64,000 bases of DNA from the human T2T-CHM13v2.0 reference genome, Homo sapiens: NCBI RefSeq assembly GCF_009914755.1, contig NC_060939.1. One strand, given 5' to 3'. The position numbers were made by a program, and so were the translations under genes. This document shows, piece after piece, positions 29,034 to 45,708 of this stretch. The notes beneath the pieces are model-generated. The model was not told where the DNA came from. It made no database searches and saw only the letters and a list, made by a program, of their open reading frames with translations. The number at the start of each line of letters is the position of its first letter. Positions within the stretch are counted from its first letter, which is position 1.

Positions 29034-29331
29034 TTTTTTTTTTTTTTTTCGAGACGGAGTCTCACTCTGTCGCCCAGGCTGGAGGCAGTGGCACAATTTC
29101 TGCTCACTGCATCCTCTGCCTACCAAGTTCAAGTAATTCTCCTGTCTCAGCCTCCTGAGCAGCTGGGACTACAGGCATGCGCCACCATGCCCGGCTAATT
29201 TTTGTACTTTACAAAGAGGTGGGGTTTCACCATGTTGGCCAGTCTGGTCTCAAACTCCTGACCTCCAGTGATCTGCCTGCCTTGGCCTCCCAAAGTGCTG
29301 AGATGACCAGCGTGAGCCACCTTGCGCGGCC
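29034..29331 (-). mobile_element. AluS-type
   Basis: Alu consensus; TSD gaatatggatat. Confidence 0.95.
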
Positions 29332-30204
29332 GAATATGGATATTCATAATGAAAGTGGTCAAAGGATATGTGGCAGAAATGGAGGGACACATGTTGCTGC
29401 ATTCAAAACTAGTGAAAAACCCAAAGGTTTCACTTTGCCCCATTATTTTCTTTTCTATATTGGTCAGTAGATACATAACACTGTGTAAATCTCCAGAGGT
29501 TATCTAGTTCCTAATCTTTCAGTATTTCTAGAGAATAAATATTTATAATCTTGTTTAATGATTACAAGGCTCACTTTAATGCAGTTTTAGGGTCTGTAAA
29601 ACGAAATTTAATTCTTAATTTACTGCCATTTGGCATTTCCCTTGAAAAGCCAAGTTTAATTTGGTGCTGCTATTCTGTGAACAGTACTTCAACACCCTTC
29701 CCTCCTCTTTTTTAATTAGTGTTAAAAATAAGGAAAATTCAAGGTGAGAGAGGCCTTTGGAACATACTAATGAAACTTTGATTTTTAAAATGAGATTAGG
29801 AGAGAACACACAATAGGGAAGAGAGTTGCTTTTATCACTGTAGAGGGTTTAGGGGGAAATTGTATGATAGTAAATTGGTCCCAAATTTCTTTTTATCTCT
29901 CTGAGATGATTCTCTGTGTTCTGTTCTATATTACTCTTCTCTCAAGGGGATAAAGTTAGAAGCTAATTAACTTTCCTAGGATAGAAAGTACATGTAGGAA
30001 TATGTGAGCAACATATATAAAACTCATCTACTTTATTCCCTCTTCCTTGCTCTACCCTTTACCTTACCACAATAGTGTAGGCTTCTCATTGATCCTGTAC
30101 GAAATTCTGTCATTTGGTTTTGCTTAGATTTTTAAATGTATTTGAGCTTGTTTTACTGTTGTATAATGCAGTATATTAAAATGAAGTTTTTGGGCTATAT
30201 AAGG

Positions 30205-30400
30205 CCATGTAACATGGTCATGTACACAGGCTATAGAGTCTGGCTGCCTGAGTTCAGATCCTAGCTGTCCCTTCTAACATCTCTGTGATACTGAGCAAAT
30301 TTCTTAAACCTTCCTGGGCCTCAGTTGTGTAATCTGTAAAATAGATACAGTAATAATTTGCTACCTGGTGGGATATTGTGAGGTTGAGTGAATCATCAGT
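30205..30400 (+). mobile_element. MIR
   Basis: ggctatagagtctggctgcctgagttcagatcctagct...gcctcagtt...atctgtaaaat. Confidence 0.7.
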
Positions 30401-30595
30401 GCTTGCAAATTATTATCATTATTAAACCTGTTTGTTCTTTGAGAGGAGGAATACTAGGTAGCATATTATAAATGCTCAAAATAATAGATTTTAAGGCTTT
30501 AGGATTAAGAATTTGAACATTACAAAGTAGGATATTTTCAATTAAGGTATCATAAGAAACATCTCAAGAAGAGTAGAATAGAAATCTTTACTCCC

Positions 30596-30949
<354 letters not shown>

Positions 30950-31202
30950 TCACATTCTCAGTAGCTACATGTGACTGATGGCTACTGTGTTGGACAACAC
31001 TGTTCTAGATAGTTGGTTTCACTAGGTAATGTATTTGCATTAAACATGACATTTATTGATGACACAATTCTCTTTGTCTGGAACATGAAAGATTGGTTCT
31101 TGTATCAGATATAACTCCACCAAGAAAGAGAAGAGGAAGCAAAAAATATTTCTTCAAGAATCTTGGTGAAGGTTAGGTGTATTTTCTCTGGGTTTTATGT
31201 AA

Positions 31203-31510
<308 letters not shown>

Positions 31511-31556
31511 ATAAAGTGATTTTTAAACAATTTATAAAATTTATTATAGTGTAGTT

Positions 31557-31829
31557 ATTTTTATTTTTCATTTTTATTTTTGAGATGGAGTTTCACTCTT
31601 GTTGCCGAGGCTGGAGTGCAGTGGCATGATTCTCCTGCCTCACCCTCCCATGTAGCTGGGATTACAGACGTGTGCCACCACACCCAACTAATTTTGCACT
31701 TTTAGTAGAGACAAAGTTTTACCATGTTGGTCAGGCTGGTCTCGAACTCCTGACCTCAGGTGATCCACCCGCCTCCCACTCGGCCTCCCAAAGTGCTAGG
31801 ATTACAGGTGTGAGCCCCCGCGCCCAGCC
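31557..31829 (-). mobile_element. AluSp/Sq-like with internal deletion
   Basis: Alu consensus. Confidence 0.9.
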
Positions 31830-33258
31830 TTGCAGTTACTTTTGAATAAAGGTATTGACAGTTGAGTCAAGCAGTGTTGCAAGTATTGAAGTCTGTCAGT
31901 GACTGCTTCTCAGATTAAAGTGAGCCATCTGTTTATATGTGATATGGAGATGAAAACTGATTTTTACATTTAAATGCTAGTAGATTTCTTATCTAGAAGC
32001 ACCTTTGAAGACTAGCAATGTTATGGGTGGCACATTAATTTAGAGTCTTTCAGGAAGGACTAGGTTTCAGTTAGTGGTTTTATTGTGAGATAAATTTATC
32101 TGTTTGAGATGATTCCACTAAAGGTTAAAAGTAGTCTGGATTTCAGCACTGATAATCACTTTTACTTTGTGCTTAGAAATAGTGTAGGTGTTAGGGGAGA
32201 TACCAAAGGATAGGAACAAGCTATTAATGTTATGTTCTAAAAGAAATCACTGTTTACTGGATTCTAGTCAGGGACCAGAACACATGGAAATAGAAATCCA
32301 TTCTACCTAAGGAAAGAAAAAAGGATTATTTTAAAAATCTTTGGAAAATCATATGTAATTGAATTGCAAGTATATAGCCTTGGTACTTTTTATGTGTGTG
32401 CTATTCTGTCTCCTCCCCACCTCCATCCATGACTTTAGATAGGTTCATCGGGTCAGTGTTCATCCAGGTCTAATCACCTTGTCTGGAGGGTTTATCCCAT
32501 GGTACTAAAAGGTCAGCAAGAGCTGATTTATAGGTATACAGATTGTCTTAGAAGGGAATGTTAGTAGGGAGGCAGTGAATGGCATGTGTAACTTCAGTTT
32601 CTTCAACTGATTACAAAGGAACGTGTGTGAGAATGTTACCTTCCTTATACAGATTTGGTGAGGCCTAAGTCAGATAATCTATATAAAGTGCTTAGCCCAG
32701 GGCCTAGTACATAATAGTGAGTAGACATTTTCAGTGAGCACTTACTCTAATACATACCTAATTGTGTAGTTTCCTTACCTGGTTTTTTTAATTTAGGGAA
32801 AAAATTTGGAGAATTTGGTGGGATTAATTGGTAACTTGTGGATATTCACTCAGAACATCTCAATTCAAAGTGCCTGACTGAAATTTAACTCTTGTAACTA
32901 GCGGCCTAGATATGCTCTGAAGTGTTCATGGTATAGTATATCAGCCCGACCTCAGATTGGCTTACTGTTGAGCATTGTTGAGTTTGCTCTTAATCAAGAA
33001 CTTAAAGTGTCCAAATTTTTTAGCCATCTGAGCCCCTTTATTTAATTGAAATCTTTTGCAGAAACCAGGTATGTGAAAACACCAAAAATGAACTATTCTA
33101 TTTGAAGCAGAAATTTGTAACCCATTCTGCCTTCTCAGTCTGCTTTCTCCCTACCCTTTTCCTCTGCCTCAGCAATCTTTGATAGAACAAAAGCAGACAC
33201 TTAGGAGAAATAAACTTTATGAAGGATTGCCTAAATGATAAGCCTGAATGATAAGTTC

Positions 33259-33556
33259 ATTATTATTATTGTTTTTTTAAGAAACAAGAGTCTTGCTCTG
33301 TCACCTATGCAGGGGTGTAGTGGTGTGATCTCAGCTCACTGCAGCCTCAATTTCCTAGGCTCAGACGGTTCTCCCACCATAGGCTCCTGAGTAGCTGGGA
33401 CCACAGCTGTGCACCACCACACCCAGATAATTTTCTTATTCTTTGTAGAGACGGGGATCTCACTGTGTTGTCCAGGCTGGTCTTGAACTCAAGCAATCCT
33501 CTCGCCTTGGTCTCCCAGAATGTTGGGATTACACACGTGAGCCACCGCCCCTGGCC
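33259..33556 (-). mobile_element. AluJ-like
   Basis: Diverged Alu consensus. Confidence 0.9.
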
Positions 33557-33654
33557 GGATTTTATTTTTAACTCTGGCTCCACTCCATGAAGACTGGCTG
33601 TTAACTGAAGGTGGCCATGAGACTATTGATTTATATTAGAACTAAATAGCCAGA

Positions 33655-33979
<325 letters not shown>

Positions 33980-35713
33980 CAGAAACTTACATTTTACTTT
34001 TCAGGTATTATTGACCATATCATTTTGTGTTTTACTTGTTGTAAACTATAGATGAAATCCTCTTATGTTATCTGGGGTAATATTTCATTGTACTTTTCTT
34101 GAGTCGCTGATTTTGTTTTTCTTAAGTAGTCATATTCTTCTTTGCATTAGCTCCTTGAAAGAATAGAGTTGAATGGCTTCCAATTAGCAAATAGGCCTTT
34201 ATGGGCATACATTTTATTTATTGACAGTATTTCTAACTTATTTTTTTTTAACCATTTTTACTTGGATTGACTATTTTTGCCTACTTTTGATATCATACAG
34301 CATGCATTTTTAAAGTCACCTAGAATTCTTTTCAGAGCAATTTAAAGTATATAAAAAACAGTAATATTTAGTGAACAGCACTTGTTCTAAAAAGCTCCCC
34401 TTTTCATTCTAAGGTGGTGGGATTCCCTGTTGCTTGTGGGTTTAAGTTCAGACTCCTTATCATGGAAACACAGATTTTGTGATGTGGCCTTATTCTAAGA
34501 TCATTTCCCACTATCCTGTAGTCTAGGCACACAGAAGTCTCCCCTGGTAGACCACATACTTGCTTTTATCCTTCCTTTACAGTTATAAATATTGAGCGTA
34601 AGCACATAGTAAATTTTTGTTGCCAGTTATCCAGAGTAATTGATACATCATTTTATAAACTTTTGAGAGGAGGATGTTAGAAACCATTCCATCACACTTT
34701 TAATAAAAAACGGTATCATCTCAGGTGGAAGTGAGGCCTATTCACAGATCTCCTAACAGGTGATTACTGTCTCTGTGGCAAGGAGAACTTTTATGAACCT
34801 GCCCTTTGTGAGCTATGGGTAAATAAGGAGTCTTGGATTTATGACTGCAGCTACTATTAAATAGTGGACAGTTTGAACCTCTCTCTCTCATGATGAACTG
34901 CAGATATGTGACTTAAATAAGCCACCCAATTCTGAACTGAGCTTTATATTGCAACTTACGGGTTAAAGTATTTTCACAATCACCGTCCCAGTTGACCCCC
35001 TCAAAATTCTATGAGTTAGAAAGGACAGGCATCATAACTATCTTAAATGAAGTACTTCAGGCTAAGCACTTATCTAAGTAGGAAGTTTATATTCACAACC
35101 AACTTGAAGATGAGTCAGTTCTTTTTTCTTTTTACTACATATCAAGTTGTCCCTGTATATATAACAGTTGTTTTGCAGTGATTTGTAGTTAAACTTCCTT
35201 TCATGATGCATTTGTTAGTCATCCCTACAAGGTGTGTTACGTTTTAACTGAAAGAAAATCAGTTTCTGAAGTATCTTGCAATCATTTCTGGCATCCATTT
35301 TTATATACCTCTATGAAGTGAGAGTGGTGTATTCTAAAACTTTGTGGTTTTGATACTTAACATTTTGTGGTTTTGTGGCTAATAAAGTTGTAATTTTGGA
35401 GTTAGATGTGATGTTTGTGCAGATACGTGAAAATCAGACATTAGTATTTCTGTTCTTGTACCTACATTGATGAGAGCAGAACTGTGTGTCCTAAATATCT
35501 TTTACAGTGTTTAATAGCTAGCGGAGTGATAGGTACGATAAGTTTATCAAGATATCCTTGAACAAAGAGCTATGACAAAAGAAAGTACTTGCTTATAGTC
35601 ATGGAATTTTGCTATGTCTTTCCTGATAATATCTCTAACCAAAATAGTTGTGAAATCATTTATTCATCCAGCATGTATTTGAGTACCTCCTATGTGCCTG
35701 GCATTAATCTAGA

Positions 35714-35937
35714 GCGGGAATTGGCCAACTATGACCCACTCACCAAATCCATTCTAGTCACCCCTTATTGTAAATAAAAGTTTTATTGAAACACAGCCAT
35801 TCCTATTCATTTACTTATTGTCTGTGGCTTCTTTTTTACTGTAAAGGCGAAATTGAGCAGTTATGACAGACTCTATGGCCCACAAAGCCTAGAATAATTG
35901 CTCTCTGGTGCTTTAGAGAAAAAATTTGCCAGCCCTA
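35714..35937. mobile_element. MER58A-like hAT-Charlie MITE
   Basis: gtaaataaaagttttattgaaacacagcc...tggcccacaaagcct; flanked by an 8-bp TSD atctagag, typical of hAT. Confidence 0.85.
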
Positions 35938-36338
35938 ATCTAGAGTGCTGGGAATATAACTCTGAAAAAACCAAATAATTTTTTCAGTATGTTAAATTTG
36001 TTTTTTTTTTTTTTGCTTCCATATTATAGGCTCTTTGTGCCTAGAAACTTATTATTTGCTCATTATGCATATTTTAATTCATGTTGAAGGACAGTGTTAT
36101 TACAAGTAAGTTGTTTTCCTCTGAATTTGTGTAGGTATCTTTTTCCTCAGTAACCCTTTTCCCTGAAATGGGAGACTAATTAAGAACTGTGTGCCAAAAA
36201 CCTCTGCAAGGATAGAGACTTCAGTTTCCAGTATGTGGATAAGAAACTAGATTGAGGAAGGCTTTACTCTGGGGTGACGTATCTCAAAATAGGTGAAAGA
36301 GGAAAAATACAATGAAGTGTAATCAGAATCAAGATTTA

Positions 36339-36640
<302 letters not shown>

Positions 36641-36669
36641 TAGATTTAGTAAAAATAATTTGTTTCATC

Positions 36670-37369
<700 letters not shown>

Positions 37370-37370
<1 letters not shown>

Positions 37371-37560
37371 TAGAGTGTGGACTCCAGCCAACTGCTTGGG
37401 TTGAATCCCAGCTCCTCACTTACTAGCTGTGTGTCCTTGAACAGTTTATTTCTCTGTAAAATGAGAGTGCTAATAGTACCTACTTAATAGGACTATTATG
37501 AGGATTAAAGGGATTGGTATTTATAAGTGCTTGGCACATAAAGTTCTATATAAGTATTGC
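37370..37560 (+). mobile_element. MIR
   Basis: gaatcccagctcctcacttactagctgtgtgtccttg. Confidence 0.8.
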
Positions 37561-38095
37561 TCAGTAAATGGTAAAGCAAGTTTTCTTCTGTAAAAAATGT
37601 GCAGTTTCATGAGCAGAAAAGATATAAATTTAGAGAATGACCATATATTAAACTTTAAAATTAGGGAAGGACATTCATTTACAATTGAAGATTTACCTTA
37701 GGGGGAGAAGAGATTTTTTAAAAGGTTTTGGGTGGAGGGGTTGGGGGGAAGTACAAAGTCTACATAGTTGAATTAAAAGCTTTAAGGGCAAAGAGGGAAT
37801 AAAAAGCCATAGATAGATCGATCAATCTGTGGTAATCGTGAGAAGAAAGAGAATGAATGTCCATGAATGTGGAAGCCAGTGGGAAAATTTGAACGGGTTC
37901 CTCTTTTTGCAAATAAGAATATTGGGTGGCCTTGTGCTGGTAAAAACTGTGCCTTGTTCTTTAAGGTATGTGATATGAAACCTAGGTCAGTTTGAGAATA
38001 TGAAATTCACTGCAACTTAATTTTACTAATAAAATTACTGTTTGGTATGCTAAATTAGTCACATTGCTAAATGAACCTCTTTCTGAGTAGGCTGA

Positions 38096-38439
<344 letters not shown>

Positions 38440-38617
38440 CAGGCATCTTTGTTCAGTGCATGAACTGTATAGTCATAGGTGGCACACCTTGCTGACAGAT
38501 CTAGATCTCTTCTTAAACAGCAAATTCAATTTCTTTAAAAGGAGCCTTTCTCGTTTTTTGCCTTGGGATAAATCCTTGGCTACTAGTGGTGGTGTGCAGG
38601 TAAGGTGGCAGGGCAGT

Positions 38618-39200
38618 TTCATTCATACATTCAATCAATATTGAATGCCTGCCATTTACCAAGCATTATTCAAAGCATCAGTGAACAAAATGGACAAAAT
38701 CCCTGCCATTAGGGAGGTAACATTTTAGCAAAGGGGAGACACAATATAATAGTAAATTAAGATTAGGATAAGGACGTTGAAGAAAAATAAAACCGGAATT
38801 GATGCTGGGGACAATTTTAAATAAGTGGCAAGGGAATTCCTCCTTGAAAAAGGTAACATTTGAGCAGAGACCTGAAGGAGGTGAAGAACCTAGTCATAAG
38901 GATTTCTGGAAAGTAGAAGGAATAGCAAGTACAAAGGCCTCAGACAGGAAAATACCTGTCATACCCAGCAACGTGTATGGTAGGAAGGGGAGTAAAAGAG
39001 GAAGTCATGTAATGGGGGACCAGATCATGAAGAGCCTTTAAGTCAAGGTAAAGAATTTGTCTTTTAACGCTTTGTAAGTTGGGAAGCCACTGGAAGATTT
39101 TGAGTAAGCAGGCAGTGTGATTGATTTAGATTTTAATAGGATCACTGGCTGCTGTGTTGAAAATAAAGTATAGCGGGGCAAGAAGCAGGGAGATATATAT
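38618..39200 (-). mobile_element. L2 fragment
   Basis: ttcattcatacattcaatcaatattga...catttgagcagagacctgaagg...gggaagccactggaagattttgag. Confidence 0.75.
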
Positions 39201-39209
39201 ACCAGAAGC

Positions 39210-39700
39210 TGTGTTATCAATTGCTGCATAAGAAACTAACCCAAAATTCACTGGCTTAAACAACAAATATTTATTATCTCACACAGTTTCTGTTGGGAAT
39301 ATAGAAGGGCCTCAGCTGTATGGTTTTGGCCCAGAGTGTTTCATGAGGTTGCAGTTCACATGTCAGCTAAGGCTGCAGTCATTCAAAGATTTGATCAGGG
39401 CTAGAGAAGATCGGCTTCCTGGTTCACTCATATAGCTGTTGGCCAGAGACCTCAGCTACTCGTCACATGAGCCTTTCTCTGTGAAATGGCCCTCAGCTTC
39501 TCCAGAGTGAGTTACCAAGAGAGAAAGCAAAGCAGAAACCACAGTGTCTCTTATGCCCTAGACTTGGAAGATATGCCATTACTTCCATGGTATTCTGTTG
39601 ATCTCCCAGACCAACACTGATAAAATGTGGGAAGGAACTGCATGAGGCCTGACTACCAGGAGGCTCAGGGAATTGGGGCAGACCACCTAGGAGGCTGGAA
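39210..39700 (-). mobile_element. MLT1-type MaLR LTR remnant
   Basis: attgctgcataa...tggcttaaacaacaaatatttattatctcacacagtttctg. Confidence 0.75.
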
Positions 39701-39704
39701 CAAA

Positions 39705-40445
39705 CAGACAGAAAATGACATTTAAAAATAAGATACACCATTTATAGTAGATTTTAAACAAATACCTAGGAATATCCAAAAGATATGCAAGACCTCATCA
39801 CAGAACACTATAAAACATTATGAATCTAAAGGAGAACTAAATAAACTGAGAGATATACAGTAGTATTAGCACATCTGTAGATTCAACACAATTCCAATAA
39901 AAATCCTATTGGTTTTTACTTTTTAAGTGGAAATTGACAAACTGAATCTAAAATTTATGTGGAAATGCAAAGAGCCAAGAATAGCCAACACAATCATGAG
40001 GAAGATTAAAACTGATACTAGATATCAAAAAAAACTGTATAATTTAGAATAGGATAGAGAAATAAACCAGTAGAATAGAATAGAGAGCCTAGGAAAAGAC
40101 CCATACATGTATGAGGCCTAATGTGTGGGCAAAGATGAGACTGTAGGGAAAAGATGATCATTTTAGTAAATGGTTTGGGGTTAATTAGATATCCATATGG
40201 AGAAAAGCATTAATCTTAACTCTTAACCTCATTCCATACCAAGAAAATCAACTCTAGATGGATTGCAGATCTAAAAGTGAAAGGCTTAGCTTCTCACATG
40301 CCCAGCCTTGGCTCAGGTATTCAGCCCTGAGACAGGCCTGGCCCTGGGATGGGAGGGGTCAGGCCTACCCAAGCAAATGAAATGGTCTTCCTGCAAGAAA
40401 TAGATGTTCTATTATCTAAAAGAGCAAGGAAAGAAAACATAGTAG
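39705..40445 (+). mobile_element. Old L1M ORF2 fragment containing a GC-rich insert
   Basis: gaaattgacaaactgaatctaaaatttatgtggaaatgcaaagagccaagaatagcc. Confidence 0.75.
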
Positions 40446-40697
40446 GCAGATTGAAGCTGTCAGCTTCAGTAATACAGATACCCTTCAGATTCAATTGTTG
40501 AGTAATTTCATAATTAAGACACCACAGATATATTTAGCTTGGTGTTCTAAGTGGAGATGGGATTGTACCAAAAGTGTTACTATCATTTATCACATCATGG
40601 TTATAACTCCATATAAATCATGTCTGGGGATACACATTTGGATGAGACATATATTGCCTTTCTAATCCTTTCCCTTCATTGGGTGATGAACATATAT

Positions 40698-40885
40698 CAG
40701 TCATCCCTCAGTATCTGCAGGTATTGGTTCCAGGACCCCCCTCATCCCACCCCTGCAGACACCAGAATTTGTGGGTTCTTAACTCTTGCAGTCAACCCTG
40801 CCAATCATTTGGGTATGAAAAGTCAGTCTTCCTTATTGACAGGTTTCACATCCTGGGAATACTGTATTTTCAATCTGAGGTTGGT
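40698..40885. mobile_element. MER2-like Tigger relic
   Basis: cagtcatccctcagtatctgcaggtattggttccaggacccc terminus. Confidence 0.75.
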
Positions 40886-41092
40886 GGAGTCGCCGGTAGC
40901 CACCTAAGATAGGAATGTCAATCAGAAGTTTTCTAGAATCTATCTTCAGATGCAAACAATACAGTGGCCTCTTGGTGAGATTTATTTTACCAGTATAACT
41001 ATATAGCAATATAGGATAAGTATATAGTGATATATTGCTATAAGGAAATTTTTCTCATAAGTTTTTAATAAAGTTTTCTTATAAGTGGGAGG

Positions 41093-41377
41093 GGCTCATC
41101 TTACCACTTTGTGCTGTGGTACTAGTTCAAAGTTTAATGTGCATTCTTATTTAACTAAACGTGTATTTTTTCTTCTCTTGAAACTAATAGTGAAGATTCC
41201 CAAATTGAAAAGGCCAAAGATTGCTTATAAGATCAGTCAGGTAGCTAAAATTGAAGGTGGTCTTGAATCGGAGAGTACAGGCTCTGCCTAATAGGGCCTT
41301 AGCTGATGGGTTTTAATTTGGGGAACATGAGTCCAGTATTGTCAGATCTTCCTATTTTTCAACAGAAGAAATCTGGA
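41093..41377. repeat. Dispersed direct repeat, copy 1 (~285 bp)
   Basis: Aligns with 42428-42736 at roughly 85-90% identity by eye. Confidence 0.93.
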
Positions 41378-41392
41378 AAAAACTGCTGTATA

Positions 41393-41681
<289 letters not shown>

Positions 41682-41812
41682 CTGCTATGCAGAGAAACTA
41701 CAAAGCACAGTCAGTACAGTAGTCCAAAATCCCTATACTTTTATCAGAGTGACTAGCATTCATCCCAAGTGTTTTGTATCAAGTCATACTTTCTGATCTG
41801 TTGGCTTTATGA

Positions 41813-42110
<298 letters not shown>

Positions 42111-42427
42111 AGATTTTTTTTATCATCTCTGCAAAAAGGTTACTGCTGCTCCTTACCATCCCTCATGTCTCTTTATTACCCATGTGATAGTTGGAGATCC
42201 AAAGGCTCAGAACTCGGAATTACTGTATGCAACAGGAAACACTAATCTCAAGCACCTATGCCAAGTTAGGTAATTCCTCTTTTGGTCAGTTAATAAGAAA
42301 AAATTAGAGTGTACCACAAATCCTATTTTGCACTCTTCTGGGATCCATTTGATACAATTGCAAAGAGAATTCACCCATTCTGAGCAGTTAGTTTTCCAGT
42401 GATTTGAAAAAAGGCGGAGTGTGACAG

Positions 42428-42736
42428 GAGCTCGTCTTACCTTTGTGTAACACTTTGTGTTGCGGTGTCGTACTAGTTCAAAGCTTAATGTGCATTCTTA
42501 TTTAACCAGACATATTATGTGTATTTTTTTCTTTTCTTGAAATTATTAGTGAAGGTCCCAAAATGAAAAGGCCAAAGATAACTTATAAGATCAGTCAGAT
42601 AACTAAAATTGAAGGTGGTCTTGAATTGGAGAGTACAGGCTCTGCCCAGTAGGGCCCTAGCTGATGGGTTTTAATTTGAGGAACATGAGTCCAATATTGT
42701 CAGATCTTCCTATTTTTCAACAGAAGAAATCTGGAA
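42428..42736. repeat. Dispersed direct repeat, copy 2
   Basis: Aligns with 41093-41377. Confidence 0.93.
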
Positions 42737-43165
42737 TTACGTGACATTCCCCAATTTTTGAATGCTAGCAACTAATTTTTTTAAAAAATAATAGGTACTG
42801 GCCAATCAAATATGGCTATGGGTCAGATTTAACTGAGGTTTGCTAGTTCACAACTTCTTTGGACTAATTCATCATTATAAATTATATTTTCTCCCTATTT
42901 TTTTCGGGAGGAGGGAGAAAAAGAATGAAGTGAAAAAAAGTATGCATTTTATAACTGCCTTGGGCTGTTGGTCATTCTTGCTGAATAACTGTTTCATTTT
43001 ATAAATTATGAATATTGCAGTGTGAAACATTCTACATCAGTTTTCTCCCCTTTTCAACAGAATATAGCCGTTTTTTGCCTGACATGAATACTTGTGACAA
43101 TAATGAAGTGTGTTTACTCAACAAAATATTTTGTGGGGTTCATGTTAGGCATAAAGAGGGTTTGA

Positions 43166-43255
43166 AGAAGAAACTTAGAGTTTAGCTGGGAACAGAGTTG
43201 TATACCAGTGAGAAGAAACTTAGAGTTTAGCTGGGAACAGAGTTGTATACCAGTG
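43166..43255. repeat. Perfect 45-bp tandem duplication
   Basis: agaagaaacttagagtttagctgggaacagagttgtataccagtg x2. Confidence 0.97.
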
Positions 43256-45708
43256 AAGTATTTGAGTAATGGTACAATTAAGTGCCCCAAAAGAGTGGTA
43301 CAAGCAGCTTCCTTAGGAATATAGAGTAGAAGAGGCTTGAGGTGGTCAGAAAGGGGCCCAGAAGAAATAGAATTTAAGCTGATTTCCTGAAGTAGATAGG
43401 ATTATTACAAGCAGAGTACAAAGGTAGATGGGATATACTAAAAAAGGCGCAATATGAGCTAGAAGCTTGTTTCCAAGAGTGAGCATGATTTGTTTCAATC
43501 AGATGGAAGCAAAAGACCCTCTGCTTTTAGGAAGAATAGAGTAAGAACAGTTATTGAAATTTTGCTATGTGCCACACACTATTTGGATGCTTTTCATATG
43601 CATTATTTAATCTGGTTAGATAAGTGATGTAAGTGCCCTCTTAGTTGAAACCAGGGAAATTTAGTAACAAGTCCAAGCTTTTACAGGTAATAAAATGGCA
43701 AAGCTGGGATTCCAGCTGCTGCCGACCTGACTCCAAGCCCATTCTGTTTACATACAGCATAGTTTCTAGGGAAATTAGGCTGCTCGGGTTAAATTATGTG
43801 AAGGACGAATGCTAGGTTGAGTACTCCTCTCTGGGACAATTATTATACAAACTAAAACCGAAGTAATATGATGAGAACTGGGTGTTTTAGGAGAATTTCA
43901 ATAAATGTATTAGGAGGAGGGGCAGTAAACTGTTAAAAATAACCCAGGTATGAAAAGCAATGAGAACCACAGTTGGGATGGAAAATAAAAGAGGGTGAAG
44001 CATTTCAAAATAAAAATTATTGGAACATGGTGACTTACCTTTAGGGAAGGAAGCACAGGAAAGTAGGTTTAAATGACATGTGTGTGCTGTTATAATTGAG
44101 TTTATGTTGCCATCATTACTATTCTTTTGTCAGAATTTTAATAATTGGTAATGAATTTTCTTTACAGTCTTAAAGCATTTAATCTTGAATTTTTAATCCT
44201 GCTAAGAACTTCCTAGGTAAAAAGACATAAAGGAAAAACAAATTTTTTCAAGAGCATGGTTTTAGCTAATTAAAGCTGCATAATATGTTAACATTGAATA
44301 AATAAATGGAATTTAAAAGGTATACTTAAATGAAACTAATAAGAATTAATGAATGCTCAGAAAATTATAGGTTTTCAGGGATATGATGGACTTTGACAGT
44401 TCTCTTTTTTGTTGTTGGTTTTGTTTTGTTTTGTTTTTTAGATCAAAAGACACTGACTTAGCTGCTTACCAGAAGGGGAACTTGGGCAAGTTACTAAGTC
44501 TTTTTGAGTATCATTTTTTTTTGTTTTTAAAATAGGGATATCAACAGCACCAACATCATAGTGTTCTTGAGAGGATTAAATGAGATATAAATAAACAATA
44601 AAAAGAGTTCCTGGCACATAGTAAACTCTGAATAACTGTTAAGTATTGTCTGGGATGTTAGAGGGAGTAATAGGTTGGGGATTTGACTACGAATGTTATG
44701 AACAGTCAAAAGTCACATTTTATGAATTCTCTTCAATTCATAGGCTTTTGTTTATTATACCATGCTAATCATTTTTAAAGTATCTGGTAGAGTGATCTTA
44801 CTCTCTGTCTCTGGATTTGTGGTTTTATAATTCCACAGTGCAGCAGTTAAGGAATTGTTCTGCCTTTTCTCCCCTTATCCCTTTTCCTCCCTGATCATTT
44901 GAATGCCAGACTGATTGCCCCAAAAAGGTATAGTAGCAAAGGGAGGGAGGCAGGACTTCCAGTTTCTTCATAGCTACCCCATCTATGCCATTACACATTC
45001 AGATAAACTAAATTACTCTTTATGGTTTTTTGTCTTTTTCAGTCTTTCTGACTCTTCATGTAAAGGTACATTTTATGGCCTAACGATTAATAAATAAGAC
45101 TGATTCTTTTTTTTTTTTAAGAATCCTGTGAGAAACCCTTTGTGCCTCTTGAGTTATGAAAATCATTGTTAATTTGATGCCGTGCAGGCAGTTTGACTTG
45201 GGAAAATTGGTAGTGTTACAAGTTTTCAAACTTTAATCTTAATGTTTTGAAGTAATTGTAATGAAAAGCTTAGTGGTCATATTGTACTTTCATCTATGAC
45301 TTTTTACTTGAGTTTTTATGGAAATATATTTATCCTTTTACTGTTTGGTTGCTAGCCATATATTTACCAGTATCATTGGGAGAGTTCCTTTAATTCCTCT
45401 CTTACACTTTAATGTTGTTAATAAGCAGTATAGCATAGTTGGTGGTTTAGACCCGAGTTCCTCAGTCTTTTTTCTCTATTTTTTCCCTAAGGAGCCTTTT
45501 TAGGTTTTTTTTTTGTTTTTTTTTTTCTTAAGTGGCCCCCACCTCCAGAAGATTTTAACTCCAGAGAGATATTGCAGGTCTGTTTATGTATTTTATGTAT
45601 ATCTGTGTTTTATACAAGAGTAAGGGTTTTTGTGACCCTTTCCTCCAAAAATCAGTGTTTTCTCCCTTGAGGGGCAAACTGTCTATACTGAGAGTGCACG
45701 TTTTATAA

